A DNA stretch of 57,339 nt, filler included, from Sphacelaria rigidula (GCA_964200075.2; 7 parts of 7 records of this genome joined end to end with filler, not necessarily neighbours in it), one strand, 5' to 3'. Positions 23,292-35,780 are shown, counted from the whole stretch's first letter. The notes: generated by a model not told the origin, from the sequence alone. Numbers and translations: made by a program.

Positions 23292-23755
23292 GAGTCATGC
23301 TACGATAGGGGGGAGGGTGTTTGATTCCACGAAAAAATTGGCTCGCAAATACTTCAGACGACCTGACACACTCGCGGCGCGCTTGTATTTGGGTAAATCC
23401 GGTGTCAAGCAGTATGAATGAGCATTATGTATCGGAAGCAAGCGCATTTGAACAACCTTTGCTGCTATTAACGACGATTTGAAGTAGAATTGCGTGGAAG
23501 AACACGGCCCAAAATACCCTCCTGTAATGCGTGAGAGGACCGCGTGCTTAGAGGGCCGCGCCGAGGCTCGAAACACCTCACGATCGACGTTTTCCAAAAC
23601 CAATCGGGCCAGGCCCTGCAGGTAACACGCCCGAGACCCCAACCCCAACCCCAACACTAACCCTAACCCTAACCATGGGGATGTTTAAACTCCGATGCGG
23701 TCCTCTAAGCACGCGGTCCTCTCACGCATTACATCCCCCTATCGTAGCATGACTC
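23292..23755. mobile_element. Sola-like MITE carrying a nested 211-bp element
   Basis: TIRs GAGTCATGCTACGATAGGGGG / CCCCCTATCGTAGCATGACTC; 4-bp TSD GTCA at 23288-23291 and 23756-23759. Confidence 0.85.
23523..23733. mobile_element. 211-bp TGT...ACA MITE with internal (CCCTAA)-like repeats
   Basis: TIRs of at least 32 bp, TGTAATGCGTGAGAGGACCGCGTGCTTAGAGG / CCTCTAAGCACGCGGTCCTCTCACGCATTACA; second copy at 51020-51230. Confidence 0.88.
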
Positions 23756-24244
23756 GTCAACCCGCCAAGTCCTGTTTTGAGCACTTGGGAAGTTTCGGCA
23801 ATTTGGAAAACAGTAACTAGCGCGATTCACAGCTCCACGTTGGTAAACTCCCGACACTCTGATGTATAGCTCAACTGGCGGTATCCGTCGGCGGGATCGT
23901 GAGGTCCGCTGCAATGAGCTGAGGTGGAATTTGGGTGGCATGCAGCAGTACAGGCGGGCAAGTGAAATACACTTGCAACCCAAAACAGTGCCATATTGAA
24001 AGTACACTACAGACCAAGTAGCACAGACAGTCTGACCCAGTACAGTGCGGTATTGTATCGACACACTATACAGAACCAGAGTGTGCAAGGTCATCTGCGC
24101 GGTGCCATAAAATGAAGAGGGTTCGTAAAGTACCTACAGTATCAAGTACAATCGAAAATATACACCTTGCGGGGTGACGTTTGTAGTCGGACGGCGTCGC
24201 ATTACAGTTCGGACGCACAGTTTTCCAACACAATACAGTAGTGC

Positions 24245-24520
24245 AGGCTACATGCCTAAAGATACCGCATGTACTGCAGGCAATGGTTCATCCGACATTC
24301 ACCTTGAGCATACGAATGCTGAAATACATCTTTTAGTTGCGCAGTGATGTGCAACTGCGAGTCGGCATAGAAACGTGAACGAGCGACATGGGTCGAGTGC
24401 ACAGCGCCGGAAGCAATGCTCTGCACCGAATACACGTGAGCGTGATCGGCTCCGACCACTCGCCACGGACCTGTCCACGTGGACATCAACTTTGGCGTCA
24501 CCCCTTGCCTCCGAACATGG
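24245..24520 (-). mobile_element. Fragment of a different Ty3/gypsy integrase C-terminus (GPY/F module)
   Basis: KLMSTWTGPWRVV...VYSVQSI...HVARSRFYAD; truncated at the contig end. Confidence 0.8.
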
Positions 24521-25544
24521 NNNNNNNNNNNNNNNNNNNNNNNNNNNNNNNNNNNNNNNNNNNNTTAATTAATTAANNNNNNNNNNNNNNNNNNNNNNNN
24601 NNNNNNNNNNNNNNNNNNNNCTGATCCCTTGAGACCACGGACTCATCCCGAGGAAGGGGAGGGGTTCGAAGTGTGAGGAAAAAAAAGGGAAAACAAAAAT
24701 ATCGTTGTCGTTCATCTATCTCTCCTCTTCTTGTTTCTCACTCATTTGTTTCTGGTCCTACCTTCGTCTCTGTCTCTGCCCTTCTGCCCGTCCCTCTGTC
24801 TGTCTGCTCTCCATATGTCCGTCTGGTGTTTGTCTATATCTATATCCGTCCCTGCTCGTCTGCTCCTGTCTCTTTCACCCTGTGATTGTGGTCCTTACTG
24901 GAAGGTCGCTCGAAGCCGTTTCCGCCTCCAGAGCCAGCAGAGGTGAGGGCCAACCGGGCAACGTAGTACGCAATTCCTGTGAATACAGAGAGGCTGGCTC
25001 AATGTCTCCTGCCGGTATCAGGCATTTACTCGTCAGAGCACGGCATGCGTGGAAATTTTACGTATGATCTTGCTTTTGTTCTTTGACCTGGTGCTTTTTG
25101 CGGTAGGTTGAGAATCTAATGTCTTGATTGCGATCGGCGTTTTCTACACGAGCTAACTTTCGCGAGTTTACCCGCGTGTTCACGTTGGGTACGTCTCACT
25201 CTGTGACCACGGCTGTACTTGCTAGGGATCAGCTGATGTGAGGTGAATCTATCAATCAGAAAGTCATCATACCGTCTATTAATTCAACTGTCAACTCTGT
25301 TTAGAAGGCACTGAGTGTTTGGCCCATCATCATAATATGTTATAATCTTTTCGACGAATATTATAGCTATCCTCGTGTGAACTATTGCACTGCAAAATCG
25401 GTATTATTATTATTTTTCAAATCTTCCCTTCATTCCTCTTTGTCTCATTATCTTTTGGTTGCTGTTTTTATTCTTGCTCTGTGTGTCGCCTCTGCCCCCC
25501 CCTCCCCCTTTTTTTCACTTTTTTTTCCGACACTACTTGTGCAG

Positions 25545-25821
25545 ACCCGTTGGGATCCCTCAAAGTTCAATTTTTACAAGGCAGATCCATTAGAATTCAT
25601 GTTCGAGTATGTGCCGAGCTTTCAACAAAATACGCGCATGAAAGTGACCGATGTACTCGGTGCGAGTAGCAATAGTGGTGGCCGTGACGAATCTGACGGC
25701 CCCGCCAGCGGCGATAGCAGTGTAGGCACGAAGGGAGAGCGAAGGCAGTTGCCTGCGTTACCGGGCGTCTCCGAGAGCGTCGGCGACAGTACGGGCGCGT
25801 CGCTCGTGGGTCAGGGGCAGG
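25545..25821 (+). CDS. VTC2: VTC2-like exon (TRWDPSKFNFYKADPLEFMFEY plus low-complexity insert)
   Basis: Long polypyrimidine tract and GTGCAG acceptor; G|GTGAGG donor. Confidence 0.8.
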
Positions 25822-28800
25822 GTGAGGGAGGGCAGCGCAAGAGACGGCAACATGGTGAACGAGAAGGTGGATGTCACGGTTGAATTTGAGCAAGAATACA
25901 CAGTCAGTGCTGCAAGAGCTTATTGACAGTTTGAACGGTGAAAAAATACAAGAGCTGGCTGACTATTCGTGGTATGCTTTGGTGTCGCAGGAGGCAAGAG
26001 TGCCGGTGGGAGATTGTTGCGGATGGGGCGGGGGCGAAAGGAACACATGCCGGTCTTTTCGGTCGAATGCGGGGACGTTTCGGACGCATCCCCGCCTGAG
26101 CATGCCGTCATTGTCAACGTCAGGCCGGTGGGACCCGTCAGTGTCTTGCTCATACCCGGGTGAGATGTCCACGCTCACAGCATTTAACTATGTTTTCGTG
26201 AGATTGAGAGTAGACGATACGATTGAGAGTGAAAAACGGTCAATTCATGAATGAATCGTTTCAGTTCCGAAATGCCCCTCCACGAGGCCCCGATATGCTT
26301 TCTGTAGTAGTTCGCCACTGAGGCCCTTGATATCCCTGAGTAGGATATCGACGTGTAGCTGTAACCACACACCAGTGATAGAGGCAGAGGAAAGCACACA
26401 CGGAATGAAAAATGGCCACGTTGAAGCGAATGATAAAGACCAACCTCAATCAGCGCTCTGTTCTCAATCTCACGAAAACGTTGTTGTGTCAAATTCGCTC
26501 CATAATATTGCACACCCTGAATAATATATGGTCAATAGATGCAACAGACGAGAAGTGTACCGTATAAAGTATAGACCTATTGCAACTATTACCGGTCGAC
26601 AATAGTCGCAATAGGCCTATATTTTGTGCAGTACGTTGCTTGTCTATTGCAACTATTGACCATATGTTGTTAAATTTGCTTTATATTATCGTGATTTTGG
26701 CAGCTCAACGTACATGCGTTACGTCACCACCAGCGACGCATATTGCAGGAAATCAAACGTACAAATCCAGTAGCAGTGTGCAACATTTTATCATTTATCT
26801 GGTCGGTATAATACCCGGACAAAGAGCATGTGTCAATTATTTTCTTTTTAGTGCCCGTTTGATGATCCCCCCCCCCCCCAGTTTTGTTTTGCATTTCCAT
26901 TTTTTGCTGCGAGTGGGCGCTCCCGACGCCGGGCAATATCACCACCGCCCGTATAGTAGTATGTTGTCGCTGAGCCGTTTTCTTTTTCCTTTTTTTCTTG
27001 CGTATTTCGTGACGCTTTCGACAATGTATCTTTGCAATCCTTCCGAATGGGTCCGTGGTCTCGAGGGAATCAACCCATCTGTTTGCCCGCCGGTTCACGC
27101 CTTATATGTTGGTATTGCCGATTGGGTCAGCACTCCTCCGCACCGTGCGACTGTCGTCAAACATGGTTTTCTCGTGTGGCACAGCGAAACACCCGACATC
27201 CTACGGGAGGCGAATGTTTGAGGACCGGAAGAAATGATCACCTGGGAGTGGTGGATAGGGAGACGTGGGAATCATATTGGGGCTGTTCATAACAACGTGG
27301 TGCCGAAAAGAGGTCTAGAATTCACCAGCTGGGGGTGTTGTTCAGCGTACGAGCGTCATATTGTGTATCATGAGGTATAATATGAATGCTGCACAAGCTC
27401 GGCATTAGCTCTTTCTCGTACGGTTGTGCATCATTTCAACAAATCCGTGTGCTTACGGTTGGTCTTGTCCGGCATCCTGACCATGACTGCCAGGGGTCGT
27501 CGTTGTCTGTTGAAGGATTCACAGTTCAGACCAATCATCGCCGGATCAAATCACCAAATTTACGATTTCTTTGGCCTGATTGCTCGAAAGAGAGAAAAAA
27601 AAAAAGTCGACCGCTGGTCAAGCAGGTCTCCGCGCAACTTTTGCGCGAATTCCACGTGCCTGGGCTTCGCGTACCTGGGTATCAACGCTGAAAACAAAGC
27701 AATCACACCTAAAATCAAGTAATTTCCGGACGAACCATTAACTCGTCCGACCCTTGGGAGAATTGACATCACTTTCACTTGAAAAAAGTGTGTAAAAATC
27801 ACCCGGATAATGCCCTCTTGGCGGTCAATAGTGTTCAAGTAGTGTGTGTGTGTGTGTGTGTGCTCGCTACGCCTTGTATGACGGCGTCGTTCGGTCGTCG
27901 TTTTCCTTTTCATACAGGTGATGGTGTTTGTTGTGCAATCACTACCGTGTGTACCCGTACCAAGCATGCATCATACATACGTTACGACAGCTCGCCTCAT
28001 CAACCATGGGCAGCTCTTGAAATGCGTATTTGGACGTTCCGCGGGAGCCTTGCGCCACCTCTCTCCTGCGACGACCCAAAAACGTACCATCCCCCCTCCT
28101 CCCCTCCCGAAACAGGACGGGGATAAGATATGTGAAATGTTTTTGTGCAATGTATGGGAGAAACGTGATGAGCGCCGGAATGTTGAAGGTATCTCTATCA
28201 GGAGTAGGAACGGTGTGCTCCGTCTCGAAATAGATGGTTGGTCGATGGTCAAACGACTAAGGCAAGCAACAAATGAGTACGCCCCGCCCCCCCCCACCCC
28301 CCCCCCCCCCCCCCCCCCCCCCCCAAANNNNNAAATAAAAGGTTGGTCGGACGCCAAACAACAAAAGGACACCCCCCCCCCCACCCCCCCCCCCCCCCCC
28401 CCCTCCTCCTCCCCTCCCCACTCGCGCGCGCCATGTGCGCTCGACTGGACTATGTCGATTAAACTTGCTTAAGCTTGTAAAAATACCCTCTCCAGCGTTT
28501 CCTCTGGATACAAGGTGCACTGTATCGATAATCTGAGTTCAATGTACATTTCTCTACGCTGGTTGCACGTGGAACCCCCCCTCCCCCCCGGAAAAGGGGT
28601 ATATTACATGGCTACGAACCGGGGTTGGAATCGCCGTTTCGTGAGGGTGAAGTTTCATGGAGTCATTGTAGAGTGTACATTTTTGCGAGGAGCTTCTGGT
28701 TCATTTACACCCCCGCCCGCTACCCGTTGGGGGGCGTTTCTGTTCTATTGTTTTCTCAGATACGCTCGATCTTTGCACCAGCGGGCGACCCCGGAAGCGC

Positions 28801-31800
28801 TGGCGGTCGCGATGGATTTTTCCGAGGCGCTGATGAGCACCTCCGGAAATTTCCGCCTGGGATTCAACAGCGGCGGGTCTTCGGCATCCGTCAACCACCT
28901 GCACTTTCAGGTCAGCTGCTTTTTGGTTTCTTGTTTTACTTCAGTGAGTACGTGTGTGTTTTGTGAATGGGTATTGTGCATACATAGCCTCTGGAGCAAG
29001 CGTCTCGCTTGGGATGTGGCCGTGTTCTTACGTTGAAAAAATGAGGGACTTATGAGAGGTATCTCAAACTCGGCTCCCGGTTTCCGGGTTTGTTTTGTTC
29101 TATTTTTTCAGGTGAAAGTGATGCCGATTCATCAGATGCTGAGACCCTTTGACCGCCAGGCCAGGTTCTGCTATGAATCTCAGTCACTTTCACTCGAAAA
29201 AATAGTGCGCAATTCAGAGCCAGCGAATAAACCAGGATACCGGGAGCCGAGTTCGAGATACTTTTATCAAGCATGATTGGGTCGACTGCAATAAGCTAGT
29301 GGTACGGCAAGATCTACCGGTCTACTCCACCGGTTCGAAGAAATTAGGTACCTTTTGACAGCTTCATGGATACCAGACCTCTTTTTGGAACAATAGCACT
29401 GCCTGACTTTTGAGGCCGGTAACCCTAAGGATATCTCCCAGCACTCCTCTCGGCCTACGCGTTCCATCCCCGATAAGCATTGACAATTAACCGTGTACGA
29501 CGTTGTTCTCAGCCCCTCAACCGTGTCATCAGACAGCTTCGGAAACCCGTTTTTGTTCCCCCGGCGTAAGGAGTCTCCCTGGTGTCGTATGAAAAAAAAA
29601 AACGGTATCCGAGACTGTCCAGTTCGTCAGATATTCATACCCGAAAAACGTTACGCTGACAAATAGACGCGTATCCGACTCTGCCTGTTGTTTCTTCGAA
29701 ACAAGATGTTTTCTTGAGTAGAGTTTATTGGGATTTTTGTTTTTCACCGCACTTTCGGTCGGAAAATGATGTGCTAAGACCACGCCTTACAGGAAAGTCT
29801 TTCAAGGGCAGGTCGAGTAGAGTATGTACTCTTCCCAACTTTCTGGTAGATTGGGTATGACCGCAAATACTCTCCCCAAATTTTGAGTAGATTGAGTATG
29901 ACCTCAAATACTTTACTCAAATTTTTTAGTAGGTCGAGTATGTCCTCAAATACTCTTCTCAATTTTGAGTAGATCGAGTACGGCCTCAAATACTCTCCTC
30001 AAATATTGAGTAAGCACCCTCAGTAATACTTGAGTATAGAGTATCACTTGGGTGTGGCCTTAATACTCTACTCAAAGTTTGAGTAGCTCGAGTACGGCCT
30101 CAAATATTCTACTCGAATTCGGAGTAGGTTGAGTATGGCCTCAGATACTCTTCTCAAAAATTTACGTAGATCGAGTACGACCTCGAATGCTCTACTTGAA
30201 TACTGAGTAAAGCACTCTCAGTAATACTCGAGTATAGAGCATCACTTGAGTATGACCTCAATACTCTACTCAAATTTTGAGTAGATTGAGTGTGATCTCA
30301 AATACTCTACTCAAAATTTTGAGTAGATTGAGTACGACCTCAAGTACTCTACTCGGCCTGCCCTTGAAGTATTTCCTTCTCCCTTTCTGCTGTCCGAAAC
30401 CGGGAGAATGTGCGTCGTCGAAAATCGAAAATTCGATGAATATGGACGAACTGCAGGGGTGGTGATGGTCGTAATCCATGATCAAATATGCTTGATAATG
30501 AAGCTCGCGGTAAGTAGTCGAGGGAGAATGGGTTGATTGATCTCTTCAGAATCGAATGTTTTGAATTTTTGCAGTCGTGTTATTTCTGAGGAATGAACAT
30601 GAGTTTCATGTGCTCTGCGAACTTGAAGGGATATATATATACTAAGACCTGTATTAAAAATGTCCGCCTGACGGTTGCCCTCATTTTTTTTCGTGATTTT
30701 TTCGTTCTAAGCTCGTTTCATTCGAATAAACATAACGGAAGTGCTCGTCGCTCCCGTCGGAATCCTCCTTGTGTTCGTCTGCTCTTTTGAGTTTCATCGA
30801 CAATCTCCCTCGCTAGCAGCCATACTTCGTCTGCCCCCATAAGTCTATTCGGTTACGTTTGTACGGAACCTCAACAGCGTCTGATCTTTTTTTTACCCCT
30901 ATCGCACTCTTCGACGTTTTTTAGTCAAAGCCACGATTTTTTTGTTCAAAAGTTGCCGCTTGCCCCCATGCGGCTTAACTAACGACTGCAAACAATGAGT
31001 CTAGGTGGACAATATTTCCGTTGTCGAGGAATTTACTGGTCGTCCCACCCACTTGATCGCAGATGAAGTCGATTCAGTTCTTCTGGACAAGGAAAAGGGA
31101 AAGTTGTTCATGCGGCGAGCCACTTCGCCGCCCTTTCTTTTGAAAACCACGCCTTGTCTCGGGCGGAAGAAAAAAAGGGTATATTTCACTTCGCTTTTTG
31201 TATATATATATATATATATATATATTCGCTCTTTCATTCTTTGCACTAGCATCGGCTGCGTGGTATCTTCCTAATACACCCGACTGTAGCATCTACACTG
31301 AAAACCGCCATACCCAAACGACCAAATGCCCATAACCAAGCCGACTCATTGGGCAGAGGAAATCCATCCAGTTTGTGCATTTATCATTCTCACCCATTTT
31401 CTCCTTCTCAAAAGGGATGCGTGGTTAATGGTCGAACTACTAGAATAGGGCAAGCAACGAACAAATACGCCTCCACTCAGTTTTCTGGAAAGTTATCCCT
31501 ACTGATGAGTACAGTATGCTCTCCCCTGTACGTCGACCCTTCCCACCCTTCGTCCTAGCAGTGTGCTGGTTGTTCACTTCAATAACTGTCGAAACCATTT
31601 TTTCGAAATTTGTCTGCACTCTTTTATCATTTAGTGGTTATTTCTCGCGTGTATTCCCACCCTCATTGCCACATGATGACACTTGACTCCCGGCAACAGG
31701 TAGCTACCGTCGGGACTATTACTAATATGTCTCAGTGCTGTGATGAGTTAGTCTGAATTTGTGAATGTAGTATGGATCACACCTAGGTTGCTTAGCGGTA

Positions 31801-32218
31801 GATGATAGTCTGCCTGTTGGTGAGACTGAGTCAGGGAGCAGGCAAGCTTCCTTTTTTAAATGAAGGGGAAAACTCTTGTTGGGAGAAATTTGTGCACGGG
31901 ACGCGCTTCACGGAACCTGAGGGAAAATGAGGAACGTGCCTTCTTCGACATCATGCCTTTCTCTGGTTTGATTTTTTGTTGCACCTTTTGCTGTACTCGC
32001 TTGACTGCGTCTTGTTATGTTTATTTTTATTTGCGTATGTGCGTCTTTTTCATCAGTGTTGGTTTTTTGAAGCAGGCTCGAGGGGAATGCCGTTGGAAGT
32101 TGCCCCAACGGTATTTGCGGCCGTGCTGGAGTTGCCTGTGGAGCCAAAATCTAAATATCAAGAGTCGAAGATAGAGGTGCACACCTTGGATGCTGGATCG
32201 TACCCGATTCGTGGATTG
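25545..32218 (+). CDS. VTC2: Partial GDP-L-galactose/GDP-D-glucose phosphorylase (VTC2/GDPGP1 family, HIT superfamily), spliced: join(25545-25821,25991-26159,28760-28910,32057-32218); first and last exons not in this contig
   Basis: Phase-consistent GT-AG introns (1,2,0). Motifs appear in VTC2 order: WDPSKFNFYK, HAVIVNVRPVGPVSVLLIPG/YARSLHQRATPEAL, NFRLGFNSGGSSASVNHLHFQ, CWFF...MPLEVAPT...SYPIRGL. An alternative phase-1 donor exists at 25855. Confidence 0.88.
25991..26159 (+). CDS. VTC2: VTC2-like exon (...EHAVIVNVRPVGPVSVLLIP)
   Basis: GCTGAC branch site, TCGCAG acceptor, GG|GTGAGA donor. Confidence 0.8.
26186..26485 (+). mobile_element. ~300-bp MITE (AAC...GTT termini) in a VTC2-like intron
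   Basis: TIRs AACTATGTTTTCGTGAGATTGAGA / TCTCAATCTCACGAAAACGTTGTT; further copies at 7978 and 43512. Confidence 0.8.
26980..27200 (-). mobile_element. SINE-related 3' fragment
   Basis: Reverse complement aligns with 44170-44300 (TTTGACGA...GAGTGCTGA.CCAATC...CCCTCGAGACCACGGAC). The same motif occurs at 24625-24672 and ~41140. Confidence 0.6.
28105..28285 (+). mobile_element. LINE 3'-end fragment in a poly(C) tract
   Basis: Closely matches 38580-38750 and 39875-40045; ends AAACGACTAAGGCAAGCAACAAATGAGTACGCCC. Confidence 0.8.
28760..28910 (+). CDS. VTC2: VTC2-like catalytic exon (FRLGFNSGGSSASVNHLHFQ)
   Basis: TTTTCTCAG acceptor and CAG|GTCAGC donor; HIT motif at 28896-28910. Confidence 0.9.
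29059..29261. mobile_element. ~200-bp TIR element (MITE, superfamily unassigned)
   Basis: ~35-bp imperfect inverted repeats GTATCTCAAACTCGGCTCCCGGTTTCCGGGTTT / AAACCAGGATACCGGGAGCCGAGTTCGAGATAC; no clear TSD. Confidence 0.65.
29803..30366. mobile_element. hAT-like MITE filled with ~39-bp TACTC/GAGTA subrepeats
   Basis: TIRs CAAGGGCAGGTCGAGTAGAGTA / TACTCTACTCGGCCTGCCCTTG; 8-bp TSD AAGTCTTT/AAGTATTT with one mismatch. Confidence 0.85.
32057..32218 (+). CDS. VTC2: VTC2-like exon (CWFFEAGSRGMPLEVAPT...SYPIRGL)
   Basis: TTTTTCATCAG acceptor and TTG|GTGAGA donor; 162 nt, phase 0-0. Confidence 0.85.
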
Positions 32219-34485
32219 GTGAGAAACGAGAGGAGACGACCGAATCATGAGAGTTGACTACCGGTTTATTTGTTGTACGTTTAACGCATCTACGCTATTA
32301 TGAACAGAAGCTGGTTCAGAGGAGAACAGTAATGGTTATGAAGTATGTGGTCGAAGGATTCATTCGGACATGAACCGAACGCGTAGGCGGCCACATCTAC
32401 GCCTCCTGGAATACTTTGTCCCGGTATACCCATGTTTGCCCGCTACGGTCGCAATACGGTAGTATTCCAAATACTGTACGGTACTTGACTATTCAACTGA
32501 TGTTTGACATTGACTAAGAATACTTCAGCAGGCTTTGTTCTGTTCGTCGCACCCCCCTCTGACGCTCGTGCTTGGTGCTTCGTCTCGAAAGAGATACGTG
32601 AACGATGGTTAAATGACCAAGGCAAGCGGCAATTGAGTAACCCCCACCCCCACCCCCCCCACCCACCGCGTGCTCCGTCTCGAAAGGGATGCGTGGCCAA
32701 TGGTCAAACGACTAAGGCAAGCAACNNNNNNNNNNNNNNNNNNNNNNNNNNNNNNNNNNNNNNNNNNNNTTAATTAATTAANNNNNNNNNNNNNNNNNNN
32801 NNNNNNNNNNNNNNNNNNNNNNNNNGGGTTTGACTGGGGTGGGCCGGCGGTTGGGGGGGGGGGGGTCTAGTGCCCTCCCCCCCCCCCCCCCATGAGAGAC
32901 CCAAAATTAAAAGTGAGCACGAAGGCGTCCGAGATTTTGTTTTGGTGCACCCCTTTTTTTGTGCGGTGCATATTGTAACCGCAGCCTTCGTACTTGGAGT
33001 TGAATCCTGAGCAGCCTTTGTAACAGCCGTCAAAAGCGATACACCGAACACTGACTGATCCAAAATCATCCAACAGGAAAAGATGTCTGGCCTGGCCGTC
33101 GGTGTTTCCTCTTGATAACAGTTGATGCGATGTCTTGTCGCCTATCGCTCTTGTACGATTATTATTATCATGATTCAGTCGGTAGGGCAAAATTGCCCAG
33201 GGCTGAGAGAGAACGCGCCATGCATCGCGTGGTTTGCAGCGTCTAGTGTGTGTTTACGCTGTCCGCTGTTTCGTTGTTTCGGACACTGAGGCGGTACACT
33301 TTTCCCATGAAAAGTCGAGGGGCGGCACTACCCCTGCTCCTCCCTCCTATTTCTGAGCGTTGGGTTTCAGGGGCGGGCGGGGTGTGGTTTGCAGAGTTTT
33401 CCGCCCTTTCGGCACCCTATTAATATAGACTATTGGGTTGCACGCTATATTGCTCACCAAAGGGTATGACGTACAGACTGTATCATGCCCTTTGTTGCTC
33501 ACGCCGGAGACTCTTCACGTAGGCATGCAGAGTAGTCTCCGTGCTAATGTCTCGTCGATTTGTCCGTGCCAGTTTCCAGTCTCGAACAGCTGCTGTTCAA
33601 GTTAAATCACCAACACCATTTTCTATTAAGCATTAAAATTGGTGTCACCAGCCACTGTGATTGTCTGGAGGTGTGAGATTTATCCTTCCTTGCCGTCACC
33701 GGCAATGGGTGCAATTTGAGTGTATTAATCATGCACCCACCGTACACGAAACAGGCGACAACAACTTCTAATTTACCTTTGCTTCAAGGATTTGGAGGCG
33801 TTTGCTCTTGCTCATCAGGTCAAACCGGTTTTCCGGTGAACCGTTTTTTTATTTAGGTAATAACGCCTCCTATCTACCAACCGTTTTTTGGGTAGGTTGC
33901 CGGTACCCACCTCTTTTACTCTGACCTCTCTCTAACCTCGACTGAGGCCCTGTATTATCAAATTGCTTTCGACTCGAAAACGTACGGTGGAATCGAATTT
34001 GCTCGTGCCTGATACGTCTACGGCATCCATGTTCTCGACCATTTAAGAAAATAAATAGCGTGGACAAAACAAAAACGAGCGAATTTGATTCGACTGCACG
34101 TTTTCGACACGAAAACATTTTTTGATAAGACACGGCCTGACATTGGTTCACGGCGATCTAGAACTCTAGCCGCTTTGGAACTGTTTCACGCCTTGTGGCG
34201 GCGCATAACACCCCGATACGTTGAGCTTTTCAAGCTAGATATGATCTACGCCGGAGGTATTCCCTGCACAAAGTAATAATTTACACAGCGCATTTGAACT
34301 ATTTACCCAAAAATTGACAAGATTTCCGGTGAGTATACAGTCTCAGCCCTGGAGAGCATTGGGCGTTGCAACTGGCATCCTATCGTTGAGGGTGTTATAT
34401 AGCATCATTTCGGCTACCCCGAACCTATTTCAGGAACGGATGCCAACTTACAAAACACACACACTGGCACACTCCGACTACAAGG

Positions 34486-34653
34486 ATGACTGAGGTGAAT
34501 CTGGTCAAGGTGAAACTCGATGGAGACCTCCGGATCATGGAGGTCCCTGCGCCTCCGCAATTCTCCTCGCTGGAAAAAGCGGTCGCTGAGGCCTACGCTT
34601 TGAACGAACTTGGTGGAATTACATTCACCTACAATGACTCCGATGGGGACCAG
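34486..34653 (+). CDS. Exon encoding most of a PB1 domain (probably the first coding exon of an unidentified gene)
   Basis: MTEVNLVKVKLDGDLRIMEV...FSSLEKAVAEAY...ITFTYNDSDGDQ has the beta-1 Lys, Arg and OPCA motif Y.D.DGD; CAG|GTGCAG donor. No downstream exon was found. Confidence 0.72.
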
Positions 34654-35780
34654 GTGCAGTTCTTTGGCTCGCTGAACAACCCGGTACATGCAGTACTAAT
34701 GAGTTCGGCACAGGAGGGAAGGAACGGGCTACCGCATTTGTCTATTTCCGGGTGCTACATGGACATGATGTTCGGGTCCTGTCCCCCTACCACATAGGCG
34801 CATGTCTTGCTTCGTACATTCGACACGAGTTGAGAATGTGGTCGGTGTTGTGGTGAAGTTCGAACTTTGAAGTTCATAAAACCGTGGGAAACAGCGTGTT
34901 TCAACGATGTTGTTCATGTACTTGCTGTTGTACATGTAATGAACTGTGCTGTTAGATATACCGACAATTTCATGTGAGATTCGCGATCGGTCGCGTGACC
35001 GCAACCACTTGAGTCACCGTCGGCTCGGGATACTTCATCATGGTGCAAGGACCACGCCGTCAACTAATTTCACCGGTTCTGGAGGGTGAGCGTCGGACCT
35101 CCTTTGCCGCAGGTTGTACCAGTATTTCTCTGACCTTAGCGCTTAATCCGCGGAAAGGCTCGACGAAAGAGCTTCAACTCTGTCGACCGTGTGTCCACGC
35201 AGTTTCGAGGAACGTCTCGGATGGCAGTGAGAACACGGTATAGTAGTACCATGGGACTACCCGCCACTGCAGCCGAGTTTGTTACATCTACCGCTCCTGC
35301 TCAGTCAGTTCTATCCTCTCTCGCTCCAGCCATTGCGACCCGCAAAGCACCAGCCACGGCTGCACTCTCTTCCGTACCGTCACATACATGGTTGCGCAGC
35401 GGTGCGTCGAGACCCTACTAGAATTGGATCCTGCGCGACGGCAGCGCGCAGTCGCTGACGCTCCATGTCCTGTTCACCAAGATGGACCAGCTGCACCCAC
35501 ATGAACAGTATAGTGTAGTAGGGGCATCGGCACGAATGATATGCTTACAGTAAGTGCTTCCTGCACACATCAAACAGTTTTAGGTGTATGAGCATACTTC
35601 CTGCTTACAACTGTACCGTACAGTTCCCAAGCTCCGGCAGGAGACAGTGGAAATAGAAGGAAGGTGTGTCGTGTTTTCTGTGACATGGATCACCCCTCGA
35701 TCGACTGGCGTGGTCAATCATTAAACGACTAAGGCAAGCTACAGATGAGTACGCCCCCGATCGACTGACGCCCAAGGAGT

